Of a DNA stretch of 38,699 bases, positions 27,694 through 38,699 are shown piece by piece (position 1 is the first letter of the stretch; each line of letters begins with the position of its first letter). Below the pieces are notes generated by a model. That model searched no databases, was not told the DNA's origin, and saw only the letters and a program-made list of their open reading frames with translations. A program made the position numbers and the translations under genes. Source of the stretch: an uncultured Thermus sp. (lineage in GTDB: Bacteria; Deinococcota; Deinococci; Deinococcales; Thermaceae); NCBI GenBank assembly GCA_947085095.1, contig CAMTVD010000029.1, positions 1 through 38,699 on the forward strand. Reading direction: 5' to 3'.

Positions 27694-28781
27694 GCGCCAC
27701 CTCCTTTGCGCGCGGGCTTGGGGCTATAGAGGAAGGCCCCCAAGAGGACCAGGAAGCTCAGGGCGGAGAGGTAGAGGAGGTAGGTCTTGGGGAGGCCCAA
27801 GGCCACCACCAAGGCGGTGACCAAAAACCAGACCAGGGCCACCGGGAAGAGGAAGCCCCAGCCGAAGCGGATGAGCTGGTCGTAGCGCAGGCGGAACCAG
27901 GTGGCCCGGATCCAGATGAAGAGGAAGAGGAAGAAGGCGATCTTCACGAACATCCAGAGGTAGGGGACCTCGAGGAAGGGCATGGTCCAGCCCCCCAGGA
28001 AGAGGGTGGGGATGAGGGCGCTGGCGGTGATGAAGTGGATGTACTCCGTCATCTGGAAAAGGGCCCACTTGATGGAGCTGTACTCCGTGTGGTACCCGCC
28101 CACCAGCTCCTGCTCCGCCTCGGGGAGGTCAAAGGGGGTGCGGGCGGCCTCGGCCAAGGCGGCGATGGCATAGACCAGGAAGGCGGGGAAGGCGTAGAGG
28201 AAGAGCCAGCCATGCTCCTTCTGCCAGTTGACGATATCGTTCAGGTTGAGGCTTCCCACCAGGAGGACGGGGGAGAGGAGGGCGATCCCCAGGCCCAGCT
28301 CGTAGGAGATGAGGCTGGCGGAGGAGCGCAAGGAGCCCAGGAGGCTGTACTTGCTCCCCGAGGCCCAGCCCGCCAGGAAGATGCCGTAGATGGCCATCTC
28401 GCTCACGGCGAAGAGGTAGAGGAGGCCCAGGTCCAGGTTCAGCACCCAGGGCTGGTAGCCGAAGAAGCTCCCCGGGGGGCCAAAGGGGATGGCCCCGAAG
28501 GCCAGGAGGGCGAAGACCACGCCGATCAGGGGGGCGAGGACGAAGAGGACCTTGTCCGCCTTATCCACCACGATGTCTTCCTTGAAGATGCTCTTGATGG
28601 CGTCGGCGATGGGCTGGAAAAGGCCCCCTGGCCCCACCCGGTTCGGGCCCAGGCGGATCTGGAAGCGGGCTAAAAGCCTCCTTTCAATGAGGGTCATGAA
28701 GGCGAAAGCGGTGAGGAGGCCGATGACCACCAAGAGGGCCTTCAGGGCCACCATCCAGTAGGGGTCAAGGGGATAGTTCAC
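27690..28781 (-). CDS. nuoH: NADH-quinone oxidoreductase subunit H (Nqo8)
   Basis: [34 protein letters not shown]. Confidence 0.96.
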   Translation of the reverse strand: MNYPLDPYWMVALKALLVVIGLLTAFAFMTLIERRLLARFQIRLGPNRVGPGGLFQPIADAIKSIFKEDIVVDKADKVLFVLAPLIGVVFALLAFGAIPFGPPGSFFGYQPWVLNLDLGLLYLFAVSEMAIYGIFLAGWASGSKYSLLGSLRSSASLISYELGLGIALLSPVLLVGSLNLNDIVNWQKEHGWLFLYAFPAFLVYAIAALAEAARTPFDLPEAEQELVGGYHTEYSSIKWALFQMTEYIHFITASALIPTLFLGGWTMPFLEVPYLWMFVKIAFFLFLFIWIRATWFRLRYDQLIRFGWGFLFPVALVWFLVTALVVALGLPKTYLLYLSALSFLVLLGAFLYSPKPARKGGGA

Positions 28782-31135
28782 GCTTCACCTCCTGCGGGAA
28801 CCAACGTGCGCCCCTCCACCAAAAGGCCTGCGGCGGGCCCCAGGGCCGAGAGGTAGAGGAAGCCCCTGGGGAGGTCCTCCCGGAGGATCACCTTGGCCTC
28901 CATGGGGCCGTAAGGCGTTTCCACCGCCACTAGGCTTCCCTCCAGGAGAGCCTCGCCCCGGGCGGTCTCCGGGTGGACCCAAAGTTCGGGGCTCGCCGCC
29001 TCCTGGGCCTTGCCCTTGGCCTGCCAGGCCTTCCACATGCTGGGCCTGAGGTAGAGAGGGCCCCTTAGGGCCTTGGGGCGCAAGGCCTTGCTCCGGTAAG
29101 GAAGGAGGCCCATGGCCTCGGGCACCTTTTTGGCCTTAAGCTCCCTTGCCGCCTCCAGGTGGAGCCGGAAGGGGGGCCTTACCCCCAGGGCCTCGGCCAG
29201 GAGGGCCAGGGTCTGCAGGGCCCCTTCCGCCTCCCCGTTGGCAATGGGGGCAGGGGCCAGGGGGAGGACCCGGCCTTCCAGGTTCACCACATGCCCCCGC
29301 TTCTCGTAGAAGGTGGGAGCGGGGAGGACCACGTGGGCGTACCGCTCCGCCAGGGGGTGGGGGTGGCTCAGGTGCATGACCACGAAGCGCTTGCCCTTGA
29401 GGGCCTCCTCCGGGGGCAGGAAGCCGTAGTAGGCGTAGGGGGCCCCAGCCTCGTCCCAGGCCGCCCCCTTCTCCCCGGGCCAGACGCCCATGGCCTCGAG
29501 GCCCCGGGCGTTCGCCGCCGGGGTCATGGCCAGGACCTTGGCCCCCTTGCGCTCGGAAAAAAGCCTCGCCCTTTCCGCGGCCACGGTGTCCTGCAAAACC
29601 CCCGCTCCCAGGATGAGGACGGGGTTTTGGGCCCTTTCCCACAGGGCCTTGGCCTTCTCCACCGCCTCGCCGCCCGCCTTTTCCCCTAGGAGGCCTAGGA
29701 GGATCTCCCGCTCCTCCCCGGGGGCGTGGATCCCGTGCACCTCCGCCCACGCCATGAGGGGGGTGCGGTAGGGGGCGAAGACGGCCATCTTATCGGTGCG
29801 GCGGGGCATCCTTTCCTTGATCTGCAGGTCGGCGAGGGGGGTGCCGTGGGCGAAGCGGTGGGGGGGCTTGAGGTCCCGCACGAACTCGGAAAGCCGGAGG
29901 TGCAGGATGGGGGCCTCTTCCGTGGGGTCCCCCAGGATGAGGGCGAAGTCCGCCTCCAGGAGGTCCTCCATGGTGGCGGCGGGAAAGAGGCTCGCCGGCG
30001 CGGCGGTGCGGCCCTGGAAGTCCAGGTGGGGGGTCTTGAGGGCCTTGGCCAGCTCCGCCGCCATGAGGCCCTCCTCGAGGGTGGCGTCGTGGGCCAGGTA
30101 GATCCCCACCTCCTCCCCCCTGGCCCCCGCAAGCCCCTCCTTCAGGGCCAGGAAGGCCTCCTCCCAACTGGCCTCCAAAAGCTTCCCGTCCTTGCGCACC
30201 AGGGGGGTCTTGAGGCGCTCCTGGTCCGCCCACTCGTGGCCGAAGCGGCCGGCGTCGCAGATCCAGATCTCGTTGACCTCGGCCACCTCCCGGGCCCGGA
30301 CCCTCAGGAGCTCCCCGCTCCTTGTGTCGGCGGTGATGCCGCACCCCACGGGGCAGAGGGCGCAGGTGGTGGGGGTCTCCTCCATCTCCCAGTTCCGGGC
30401 GCGGAAGCGGGCGGTGAGGTCCAGAAGGGCCCCCACGGGGCAGATGTCGGTGATGTTGCCGGAAAACCCGGAGGGCAGGCCGAAGTCCATGGTGCCGATG
30501 AAGGTGTGCACCCCCCTCTCTATGAAGTCCAGGACCTCGTCCCCTGGGACCTCCTCAAAGTAGCGCACGCACCGCTTGCAGTGGATGCACCGCTCCCGGT
30601 CCAGAACGATGAAGGGGGAGAGGGGGTGGTGCTTGTCCACGTGGCGGCGGGTGAACTCAAAGCGGGTGTAGACGGGGAGGGAGAGGGGGTCCTTCTGGTA
30701 GTACTTCTCGTAGAGCCCGTACTCCACGGTGCGGTCCTGGAGCTCGCAGGCCCCGCCCTTGTCGCAGGTGGGGCAGTCCAGGGGGTGGTTGAGGAGGGTG
30801 AACTCCACCATGCCCGCCTGGGCCTCCCGCACCACCTCCGAGAGGGTGTCCACCACCATCCCCTCGGTCACGGAGGTGACGCAGCTCGCGGCGAGCTTGG
30901 GCTGCCACTGGATCTCCGGCTCTCCCCTTTCGTCCAGCAGGGGCTTGCCGTCTGGCCCCCGCTTGGGGAGGCCGATCCGCACCAGGCACATGCGGCAGGC
31001 CCCGATGGGGGAGAGGTGCTTTTCCGAGCAGAAGAGGGGAACATCGTACCCCGCGTGGAAGACCGCGTCCATGACGCTGGTTCCCGGGGGCACCTCCACG
31101 ATGCGGTCGTTGACCTTGACCCTAACCACCTTCAC
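28778..31135 (-). CDS. nuoG: NADH-quinone oxidoreductase subunit G (Nqo3)
   Basis: [34 protein letters not shown] and N7 cluster CALCPVGC. The start may be GTG 31129. Confidence 0.95.
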   Translation of the reverse strand: MKVVRVKVNDRIVEVPPGTSVMDAVFHAGYDVPLFCSEKHLSPIGACRMCLVRIGLPKRGPDGKPLLDERGEPEIQWQPKLAASCVTSVTEGMVVDTLSEVVREAQAGMVEFTLLNHPLDCPTCDKGGACELQDRTVEYGLYEKYYQKDPLSLPVYTRFEFTRRHVDKHHPLSPFIVLDRERCIHCKRCVRYFEEVPGDEVLDFIERGVHTFIGTMDFGLPSGFSGNITDICPVGALLDLTARFRARNWEMEETPTTCALCPVGCGITADTRSGELLRVRAREVAEVNEIWICDAGRFGHEWADQERLKTPLVRKDGKLLEASWEEAFLALKEGLAGARGEEVGIYLAHDATLEEGLMAAELAKALKTPHLDFQGRTAAPASLFPAATMEDLLEADFALILGDPTEEAPILHLRLSEFVRDLKPPHRFAHGTPLADLQIKERMPRRTDKMAVFAPYRTPLMAWAEVHGIHAPGEEREILLGLLGEKAGGEAVEKAKALWERAQNPVLILGAGVLQDTVAAERARLFSERKGAKVLAMTPAANARGLEAMGVWPGEKGAAWDEAGAPYAYYGFLPPEEALKGKRFVVMHLSHPHPLAERYAHVVLPAPTFYEKRGHVVNLEGRVLPLAPAPIANGEAEGALQTLALLAEALGVRPPFRLHLEAARELKAKKVPEAMGLLPYRSKALRPKALRGPLYLRPSMWKAWQAKGKAQEAASPELWVHPETARGEALLEGSLVAVETPYGPMEAKVILREDLPRGFLYLSALGPAAGLLVEGRTLVPAGGEA

Positions 31136-32445
31136 CTCCAGAGGTTTGGCCTGGGGACGGGCTTCTTCTCCCGCGCCAGGGCCAGGTACTGGTCCTTGAA
31201 GTGCCGCAAAGACCCCTTGACCGGCCAGACGGCGGCGTCCGCCAGGGGGCAGAAGCTCCGGCCCTCAATGAGGGGGAGGAGGGCCTCGAGGGTCTCCACG
31301 TCCCTCTCCTCACCCTCCCCTTTGCCGATGGTGGCGAAGAGGTTGACCATGAACCCCGCCACCCCCTCGCGGCAGGGGGTGCACTTGCCGCAGGACTCGT
31401 GGGCGTAGAAGCGGGTCACGTTCCACATGGCGTCCACCATGCTCACCCGCTCGGGGATCAGGATCACCCCCCCGGTGCCCAGCATGGAGCCTTTGGCCTG
31501 CAGGTGCTCGTAGCTCATGGGGGTGTTCAGGACCTCCTCGCTGAAGGGGAGGGGCGGGGTGGAGGAGCCCCCGGGGATGAGGGCCTGGATGGGCTCCAAG
31601 GGGCCTCCCGCCCACTCGTAGATGAGCTCGCGCAAGGTGGTTCCCATGGGGAGCTCGTAGACCCCGGGGCGCTTCACGGGGCCGGAGATCTGGTAGAGCT
31701 TCATCCCCTTGGACTGCTCCGTGCCCATGGCGGCGAACCAGTCCGCCCCCCTCTCCAGGATGGGCACCACCGCGGCCAGGGTCTCCACGTTGTTGATGGT
31801 GGTGGGCTTGCCCCAAAGCCCCGACTGGGCGGGGAAGGGGGGCTTGAGGCGGGGGTTGGCCCGAAGGCCTTCCAGGGAGTTCATGAGGGCGGTCTCCTCC
31901 CCGCAGATGTAGGCCCCGGCTCCCCGGTGGACGTGGAGGTCAAAGGAGAAGTCCGTGCCGAAGAGGTTTTTCCCCAGGTACCCCCGGGCCCGGGCCTCGG
32001 CGATGGCGGCCTCGAGGCGGTCCGCCGCCCGCCTGTACTCCCCCCGGACGTAGATGTAGCCCACCGTGGCCCGGATGGCGTAGCCGGCGATGATCATCCC
32101 CTCAATGAGGAGGTGGGGGACGTCCTCCAGGATGTAGCGGTCCTTGAAGCTCCCAGGCTCGGACTCGTCGGCGTTGCAGATGAGGTAGTGCTGCTGCCCA
32201 TCCTTGGGCATGAAGCTCCACTTGAGCCCGGTGGGGAAGCCCGCCCCGCCCCGGCCACGGAGCCCCGAGCGCTTCACCTCTTCTATGACCTCCTCCGGGG
32301 TCTTCTCTCTCAGGACCCTTTTGGCCGTCTCGTACCCTCCCTGGGCCAGGTAGAAGTCCAGGGTCCAGGAGCCCTCCTTCCCCACGTGGGCGTAGAGGGT
32401 CTTCTCAAAGCGGGGGTCCAGTCCGGAAACGATGGGTCCGGTCAT
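31132..32445 (-). CDS. nuoF: NADH-quinone oxidoreductase subunit F (Nqo1)
   Basis: [39 protein letters not shown]. Confidence 0.96.
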   Translation of the reverse strand: MTGPIVSGLDPRFEKTLYAHVGKEGSWTLDFYLAQGGYETAKRVLREKTPEEVIEEVKRSGLRGRGGAGFPTGLKWSFMPKDGQQHYLICNADESEPGSFKDRYILEDVPHLLIEGMIIAGYAIRATVGYIYVRGEYRRAADRLEAAIAEARARGYLGKNLFGTDFSFDLHVHRGAGAYICGEETALMNSLEGLRANPRLKPPFPAQSGLWGKPTTINNVETLAAVVPILERGADWFAAMGTEQSKGMKLYQISGPVKRPGVYELPMGTTLRELIYEWAGGPLEPIQALIPGGSSTPPLPFSEEVLNTPMSYEHLQAKGSMLGTGGVILIPERVSMVDAMWNVTRFYAHESCGKCTPCREGVAGFMVNLFATIGKGEGEERDVETLEALLPLIEGRSFCPLADAAVWPVKGSLRHFKDQYLALAREKKPVPRPNLWR

Positions 32446-32987
32446 ACCTCCACCTCGTGCACGTGGTGGCCGCACTTTCCGGGAAGCGGGATCTCCTCCA
32501 GGCGCTTCCCCGCCTTTAGGCCTTCAAGGAGGGCCCTTAGCCTTTCCCTGGTCACGCACTCCACGTAGGGCTCGTCGTTCACCTGGACCACGGGGGCGGT
32601 GTGGCAGGATCCCAAGCACTCCACCTTCTGCACGCTAAAAAGCCCGTCCGGGGTCACCTCCCCGGGGCCGATGCCCAGCTCCTGGGTAAGGTGGTCCCAA
32701 AGCTCCTCCGCCCCCGCCAGCTTGCAGCTTAGGGTGGCGCAGACCTGGAGATGGTACTTTCCTGTGGGCACGAACTGGTAGTAGGAGTAAAAGCTCGCCA
32801 CCCCCATGACCTCCGTGGCCGTGGTGCCCACGAGCCTGGCGATCTCCTCCACCCTTTCGGGACGGATCCAGCCTTCCTCCTGCTGCACCCGCCTTAAAAG
32901 GGGCATGATGGCCGCCCTCCGGCCCTCGGGCGGGTACTTGGCGAAGGTCGCCTCCAGGAAGTCCTCTTTGTCGTCAAAAAACCCCAT
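32442..32987 (-). CDS. nuoE: NADH-quinone oxidoreductase subunit E (Nqo2)
   Basis: CATLSC...ECLGSC 2Fe-2S motif. Confidence 0.96.
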   Translation of the reverse strand: MGFFDDKEDFLEATFAKYPPEGRRAAIMPLLRRVQQEEGWIRPERVEEIARLVGTTATEVMGVASFYSYYQFVPTGKYHLQVCATLSCKLAGAEELWDHLTQELGIGPGEVTPDGLFSVQKVECLGSCHTAPVVQVNDEPYVECVTRERLRALLEGLKAGKRLEEIPLPGKCGHHVHEVEV

Positions 32988-32995
32988 CTTCCCTC

Positions 32996-34216
32996 CTATC
33001 GGTCCACGTCCCCCATCACGGGGTCCAGACTGGCGATGATGGCCACCATGTCGGGCACCTGCTCCCCTTTGCAGGCGTAGGGGAGGCTTTGCAGGTTGAC
33101 GAAGCTGGGAGCCCGCACCTTGACCCTATAGGGCATGCTCCCCCCGTCGGAGACGATGTAGTAGCCCAGCTCCCCCCGGGCCGACTCCGTGGGCACGTAG
33201 ACCTCCCCCTTGGGGGGGTGGAAGCCCTCGGTGTAAAGCTTGAAGTGGTAGATGACCGCCTCCATGGAGGTCTCCAGGAGGTGCCTGGGGGGCGGGGTGA
33301 TCTGGGGGTTGGGGTCGCAGATGGGGCCGGGCTCCAGCCTCTCCAGGGCCTGCTGGATGATCTTCACCGACTCCCGCATCTCCCGGATGCGGATGAGCAT
33401 CCGGTCAAAGACATCCCCCTTCTCCCCCAGGGGCACCTCAAACTGGTAGGTGTCGTAGCCGGCGTAGGGGTAGGCCTTGCGCACGTCGTAGTTCACCCCG
33501 CTGGCCCTCAAAGAGCCCCCGGTGAGGCCCAGGTTGATGGCCACCTCCGGGGGGATGACCCCCACGCCCCGGGCCCGCTCGTGGAAGATGGGGCTTTCCG
33601 CGAAGAGGGCCTCGTACTCGTCTATGCGGTGGGGGAGGACCTCTAAAAGCTTCTTCAGCTCGGGGACGAACTCCTCGGGCAGGTCCTCCTTGACCCCGCC
33701 GATGCGGATGTAGTTGTGGTGGAAGCGCTGGCCGCTGACCCACTCAAAGAGGTCCAGGATGGCCTCCCGCTCCCGGAAGGCGTAGAAGAAGGGGGTGAGG
33801 GCCCCGAGGTCTAGTAGCCCCGTCCCCAGGAAGACCAGGTGGCTGGCCAGACGGGAGAGCTCGTTGAGGATTATCCGGATCGTCTCCGCCCTCTTGGGCA
33901 CCACCGCCCCCACCAGCCGCTCCACCGCCAGGGCGTAGGCCAGGTCGTGGGCGAAGGAGTGGAGGTAGTCCATCCGGGGGGTGTAGGTGAGGTTCTGGAG
34001 GTAGGTGCGGTACTCCATGTTCTTCTCAAAGCCCGTGTGGAGGTAGCCGATGTGGGGCACGAGGTCCAGAACCTCCTCTCCCGAGAGGGTGATCACCACC
34101 CGCAAGACCCCGTGGGTGGAGGGGTGCTGGGGCCCCACGTTCAGGGTCATGACCTCGGTGCGGAGCTCCCGGGGCTCCTCTGGGATTGGGGCATCCAGTT
34201 CCAGATAGTCCTTCAT
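32996..34216 (-). CDS. nuoD: NADH-quinone oxidoreductase subunit D (Nqo4)
   Basis: [33 protein letters not shown] at 34216. Confidence 0.96.
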   Translation of the reverse strand: MKDYLELDAPIPEEPRELRTEVMTLNVGPQHPSTHGVLRVVITLSGEEVLDLVPHIGYLHTGFEKNMEYRTYLQNLTYTPRMDYLHSFAHDLAYALAVERLVGAVVPKRAETIRIILNELSRLASHLVFLGTGLLDLGALTPFFYAFREREAILDLFEWVSGQRFHHNYIRIGGVKEDLPEEFVPELKKLLEVLPHRIDEYEALFAESPIFHERARGVGVIPPEVAINLGLTGGSLRASGVNYDVRKAYPYAGYDTYQFEVPLGEKGDVFDRMLIRIREMRESVKIIQQALERLEPGPICDPNPQITPPPRHLLETSMEAVIYHFKLYTEGFHPPKGEVYVPTESARGELGYYIVSDGGSMPYRVKVRAPSFVNLQSLPYACKGEQVPDMVAIIASLDPVMGDVDR

Positions 34217-34833
34217 TTGACCTCCTTGGCCTTCATGAGGTCGGCCCAAAGGGCGCGGTAGCCCTTGCGGCTACCCCCGCGGTAGAGGGTGAGGCCAGGG
34301 CTCTTACCGGTGATGGCCGCCCGGAACTCGCTGGGGACGATGTACCGCCCCTCGCGGAAGAGGGTGGGGGTCTCCCCCAAGGGGAAGTCCTTGCGCAGGG
34401 GGTGGCCCTCGAGGTCCTCGGGGGTGAGGATCTTGCGGAGGTCGGGGTGGCCCTCAAAGAGGATGCCGAAGAGGTCGTAGACCTCCCTCTCCAGGAAGTT
34501 GGCGCTTCCCCAGAGGTCGGTGACCGTGGGGAGGCGGGGGTCCTTCTCCGGCACGTAGACCCGCGCGAAGAAGCGGCTTCCGTCCCCGTCCTTCCACCCC
34601 GGCAGGGAGACCAGCTCGTAGACCACGGCGAAGCGCTCAGGTTTGGGGTCCGGGTACTCCAGGTAGTCCAGGCCCACGATGTCGGCCAGGTAGTTGAAGC
34701 CCAGGTCCCGGTAGTGGGCCATGGCCGCCTTGAAACCCTCCCGAGGGAGGACCACCCAGAGGTTGCCCAGGCCGTTATCCTCCACGGGATAGCCCTTGAC
34801 CCGGGCCTCTTCCAGCACTCGGTCAAGCCGCAT
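34213..34833 (-). CDS. nuoC: NADH-quinone oxidoreductase subunit C (Nqo5)
   Basis: [31 protein letters not shown]. Confidence 0.96.
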   Translation of the reverse strand: MRLDRVLEEARVKGYPVEDNGLGNLWVVLPREGFKAAMAHYRDLGFNYLADIVGLDYLEYPDPKPERFAVVYELVSLPGWKDGDGSRFFARVYVPEKDPRLPTVTDLWGSANFLEREVYDLFGILFEGHPDLRKILTPEDLEGHPLRKDFPLGETPTLFREGRYIVPSEFRAAITGKSPGLTLYRGGSRKGYRALWADLMKAKEVK

Positions 34834-34836
34834 CCT

Positions 34837-35382
34837 CTACCCCCTTGCCCGCTTCCAGGCGGCCACGGGGGGAAGCCTCTCCCCCCGGTCGTTATGGGCC
34901 TGGCCGCGCACCTTCTTCTGCAGCTGCATCACCGCGTAGATGAGGGCCTCGGGGCGCGGGGGGCAGCCCGGGACGTAGACGTCCACGGGGACCACCGAGT
35001 CCACGTTCTGGACGATGGCGTAGTTGTTGAACATCCCCCCAGAGCTGGCGCAGGCCCCCATGGAGATGACCCACTTGGGGTCGGGCATCTGCTCCCAGAC
35101 CCGGCGCATCACCGGGGCCATCTTTTTGGAAAGCCGTCCGGCCACGATCATCACGTCCGCCTGCCGGGGCGAGGCCCGGAAGACCTCGCTCCCGAAGCGG
35201 GCCAGGTCGTTTCTGGCGTCGGTGGAGGCCATCATCTCAATGGCGCAGCAGGCGAGGCCAAAGGTGGCGGGCCACAAGGAGTTGCTCCGGCCCCAGGCCA
35301 CCAGCTTCTCCAAGGTGGTGAAGAGGATGCCCTCTCTTTCCAGCTCCTGGACGTCCTTTTCAAAGAGGTCCTTCAGTGCCAC
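34837..35382 (-). CDS. nuoB: NADH-quinone oxidoreductase subunit B (Nqo6)
   Basis: [34 protein letters not shown] start at 35382. Confidence 0.96.
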   Translation of the reverse strand: MALKDLFEKDVQELEREGILFTTLEKLVAWGRSNSLWPATFGLACCAIEMMASTDARNDLARFGSEVFRASPRQADVMIVAGRLSKKMAPVMRRVWEQMPDPKWVISMGACASSGGMFNNYAIVQNVDSVVPVDVYVPGCPPRPEALIYAVMQLQKKVRGQAHNDRGERLPPVAAWKRARG

Positions 35383-35732
35383 CGCATCACCCCCTTCCAC
35401 CACTCGTAGAGGAAGCCCACGAGGAGGAGCAGGGTGAAGCCCACGACCCCCAGGAAGCCGTATAGGCCCAGCTCCCCGGCGCTCACGGCGTAGGGCCAGA
35501 GGAAGGCCACCTCCACGTCAAAGAGGATGAAGAGCATGGCCACCACGTAGAAGTGGACGGGAAACCGCTTCACCTCCCCGGCGGGGTCGTTCCCCGACTC
35601 GTAGGGCATGAGCTTGGCCCGCCCCGGCTTCTTGGGTCCCAAGAGGGCCCCCACCGCGAGGGCCGCCACCCCGATGAAAAGGGCCACCCCCAGGTAGATC
35701 AGGATGTTCACGTACTCTGCGCTCGGCGCCAA
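35373..35732 (-). CDS. nuoA: NADH-quinone oxidoreductase subunit A (Nqo7)
   Basis: [22 protein letters not shown] start after AAGGAGG. Confidence 0.95.
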   Translation of the reverse strand: MAPSAEYVNILIYLGVALFIGVAALAVGALLGPKKPGRAKLMPYESGNDPAGEVKRFPVHFYVVAMLFILFDVEVAFLWPYAVSAGELGLYGFLGVVGFTLLLLVGFLYEWWKGVMRWH

Positions 35733-35744
35733 GGTCCCCTCCTT

Positions 35745-35762
35745 TCGTGCATCTCTTCACGA
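35745..35762. promoter_or_regulatory. Putative Rex operator
   Basis: TCGTGAAGAGATGCACGA (minus strand) is a GTG-N8-CAC 18-mer like TTGTGAA-N4-TTCACAA, abutting the nuoA SD. Confidence 0.7.
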
Positions 35763-35898
35763 GGCAGGGCCCCAACCTTCCCTAGGCCCCCCTCACTTCC
35801 CGCCCATCTTACTACCCTTATTCCGGGACAAAAGGGAAGGGGCTACACCGCCTTGGGGATAAACCGGTGTAAGCCCCTTGCTTATGCTTCGGAGAAGG

Positions 35899-37449
<1,551 letters not shown>

Positions 37450-37453
<4 letters not shown>

Positions 37454-38088
37454 CCCTTGAGCAGGGCCCTTAGCTCTCCGTAAAGGCGGCGGGTTTCCTC
37501 GGGGGTCTTGCCGTACCCCCCGTACCTGGTCACGATCCTGGCCGCCTCTTTGCCCAGGCCCTTCTCCTTGAGGCGCTCCAGGAGCTGGTCAATGAGGCGG
37601 TGGGCCTCGGGCTTCTCCTCTTCTTCCCCCTCTAGGGCCTCGGGCTCGGGGAGGGTGGGCGGGGTGAAGCGGCCCTTTTCCGGATCGTAGTCCACCCACT
37701 GCTTCTCCAGGCGGTAGAGGTAGCGCCCCACGCCGAACTTGACCGCGGCCCGCTTGAGGGCGTCGGAAAAGGCGGCCTTGAGGGAGTCCCCTTCCCCCAC
37801 GTCCTCTTTGCTGACCCCCAGGACGGTGAGGCGGCACTTCACCTCCACCACCCGCTCCCGGCGCTCCCCCCGCTCGTCCCTCGTGATCCGCTCCTGGTCG
37901 GAGAGGACCTCGTAGCCGTCGTGCCAGCCCTCGGGGCCCACCACCTTGTCCAAGCGGTCCAGAACGGTGCGGGCGTCCACATAGGGCACCACCAGGGCCC
38001 GTCGCTTTTCCTTGGAAATGGCTTCAATCCGCCACTGGACTTCCCCGGGGGGAAAGGGCTCGGCAAGCTTCCGCCAGACCTCATCCAT
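37450..38088 (-). CDS. ddrA: DdrA / Rad52-Rad22 family single-strand annealing protein
   Basis: LAEPFPPGEVQWR, YVDARTVLDRLDKVVG...W, KAAFSDALKRAAVKFGVGRYLY; ATG 38088 lies 6 nt after TACAAT. Confidence 0.8.
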
Positions 38089-38151
38089 GCCTCTATTGTA
38101 CTTTAGCCCGCTCTCATCCGTCCCCGGGGCTTTGGGCGTAAAGTCGGGCTT

Positions 38152-38490
38152 ATGCGAAAGGTCTTTTGGCTCCTTCCCTTTCTGGCCCTGGGGTGGGCCC
38201 TCGAGGTCCGGGTATCCGGAAGCCTCACCTTCAACCTCTTTCCCCAAGCGGTGGTGGTGGAGCGGGTTTCCGAGCCCCAGGGGATCCTGGTGGTTTACAG
38301 CTCTTCCAGAGCAGAGGCCATTTTCCGCTACCACGACGAGGACCTGCGCCGCCGGGGCTGGGTGAGGGTGAAGTACGAGGTCAAGAAGGCGGAGTGGAAG
38401 GCGGAGTACCGCAAGGGCAAGGCCAAGGCCAGCCTCTCGGTGAAGGACAAGAAGGGGCGGGTGGAGGTGCGCCTCAAGGAAGGGGGCTAG
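38152..38490 (+). CDS. Hypothetical exported protein
   Basis: Signal peptide (MRKVFWLLPFLALGWA), basic beta-rich mature part, Thermus-like codon use. Confidence 0.7.
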   Translation: MRKVFWLLPFLALGWALEVRVSGSLTFNLFPQAVVVERVSEPQGILVVYSSSRAEAIFRYHDEDLRRRGWVRVKYEVKKAEWKAEYRKGKAKASLSVKDKKGRVEVRLKEGG

Positions 38491-38516
38491 ACAGCTGGCT
38501 GGCCCCCCGCTACCAT
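38488..38516 (+). promoter_or_regulatory. tRNA promoter
   Basis: TAGACA, 17 nt spacer, TACCAT just upstream of the tRNA. Confidence 0.7.
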
Positions 38517-38527
38517 ATAGGGCGCAT

Positions 38528-38603
38528 GGGGCCGTGGCGCAGCTGGGAGCGCGCCTGAATCGCACTCAGGAGGTCACGGGTTCGAGTCCCGTCGGCTCCA
38601 CCA
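38528..38603 (+). tRNA. tRNA-Ala(CGC)
   Basis: 76 nt cloverleaf, G3-U70 Ala identity pair, anticodon stem CCTGA/TCAGG with CGC, GTTCGAG T-loop, encoded CCA. Confidence 0.96.
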
Positions 38604-38607
38604 AAAG

Positions 38608-38632
38608 ACCCCCCGCCCAAGGGCGGGGGGTT
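38608..38632. terminator. GC-rich hairpin after the tRNA
   Basis: ACCCCCCGCCC-AA-GGGCGGGGGGT inverted repeat. Confidence 0.7.
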
Positions 38633-38699
38633 AGGTGTTTTGGCCTAGTAACCCGTGGACGAGCGGGGGTTCAGGAGGGGGGCTAGGCTCTGGGGGGCG

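Noticed and set aside
29726..32568. Long antisense ORFs opposite nqo genes (also 13293..14945 opposite the permeases)
   Set aside because: They are shadow frames caused by extreme GC3 bias and show no domain motifs.
38604..38699. Genomic island or integrase at the tRNA-Ala 3' end
   Set aside because: Only a hairpin and a probable convergent gene end are visible. No duplicated tRNA 3' fragment was seen in the window.

Overview
This is a very GC-rich chromosomal window from a Thermus species, identified from its Nqo complex I operon, the Thermus-type rnpA/rpmH overlap and a Thermus type I-E CRISPR repeat. About 37.5 kb is core genome: dsbB/bdbC, ftsY, gltX, lptB-DUF3084, prmC-khpB(jag)-yidC-yidD-rnpA-rpmH, a Liv-type ABC operon with an embedded acyl-CoA ligase, fabG-fabD-fabH-rpmF-yceD, arginase, the complete 14-gene nqo (nuoA-N) operon, rsmA, a metallophosphoesterase, a DdrA/Rad52-like protein and tRNA-Ala(CGC). 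The accessory part is the first ~1.1 kb. There a cas-less type I-E mini-array (4 repeats, 3 spacers) points directly into an antitoxin/PIN-toxin pair. The toxin apparently starts at a CTG codon, and its C-terminus has been replaced by an IS630-family insertion. All calls come from reading motifs by eye; no database searches were run.
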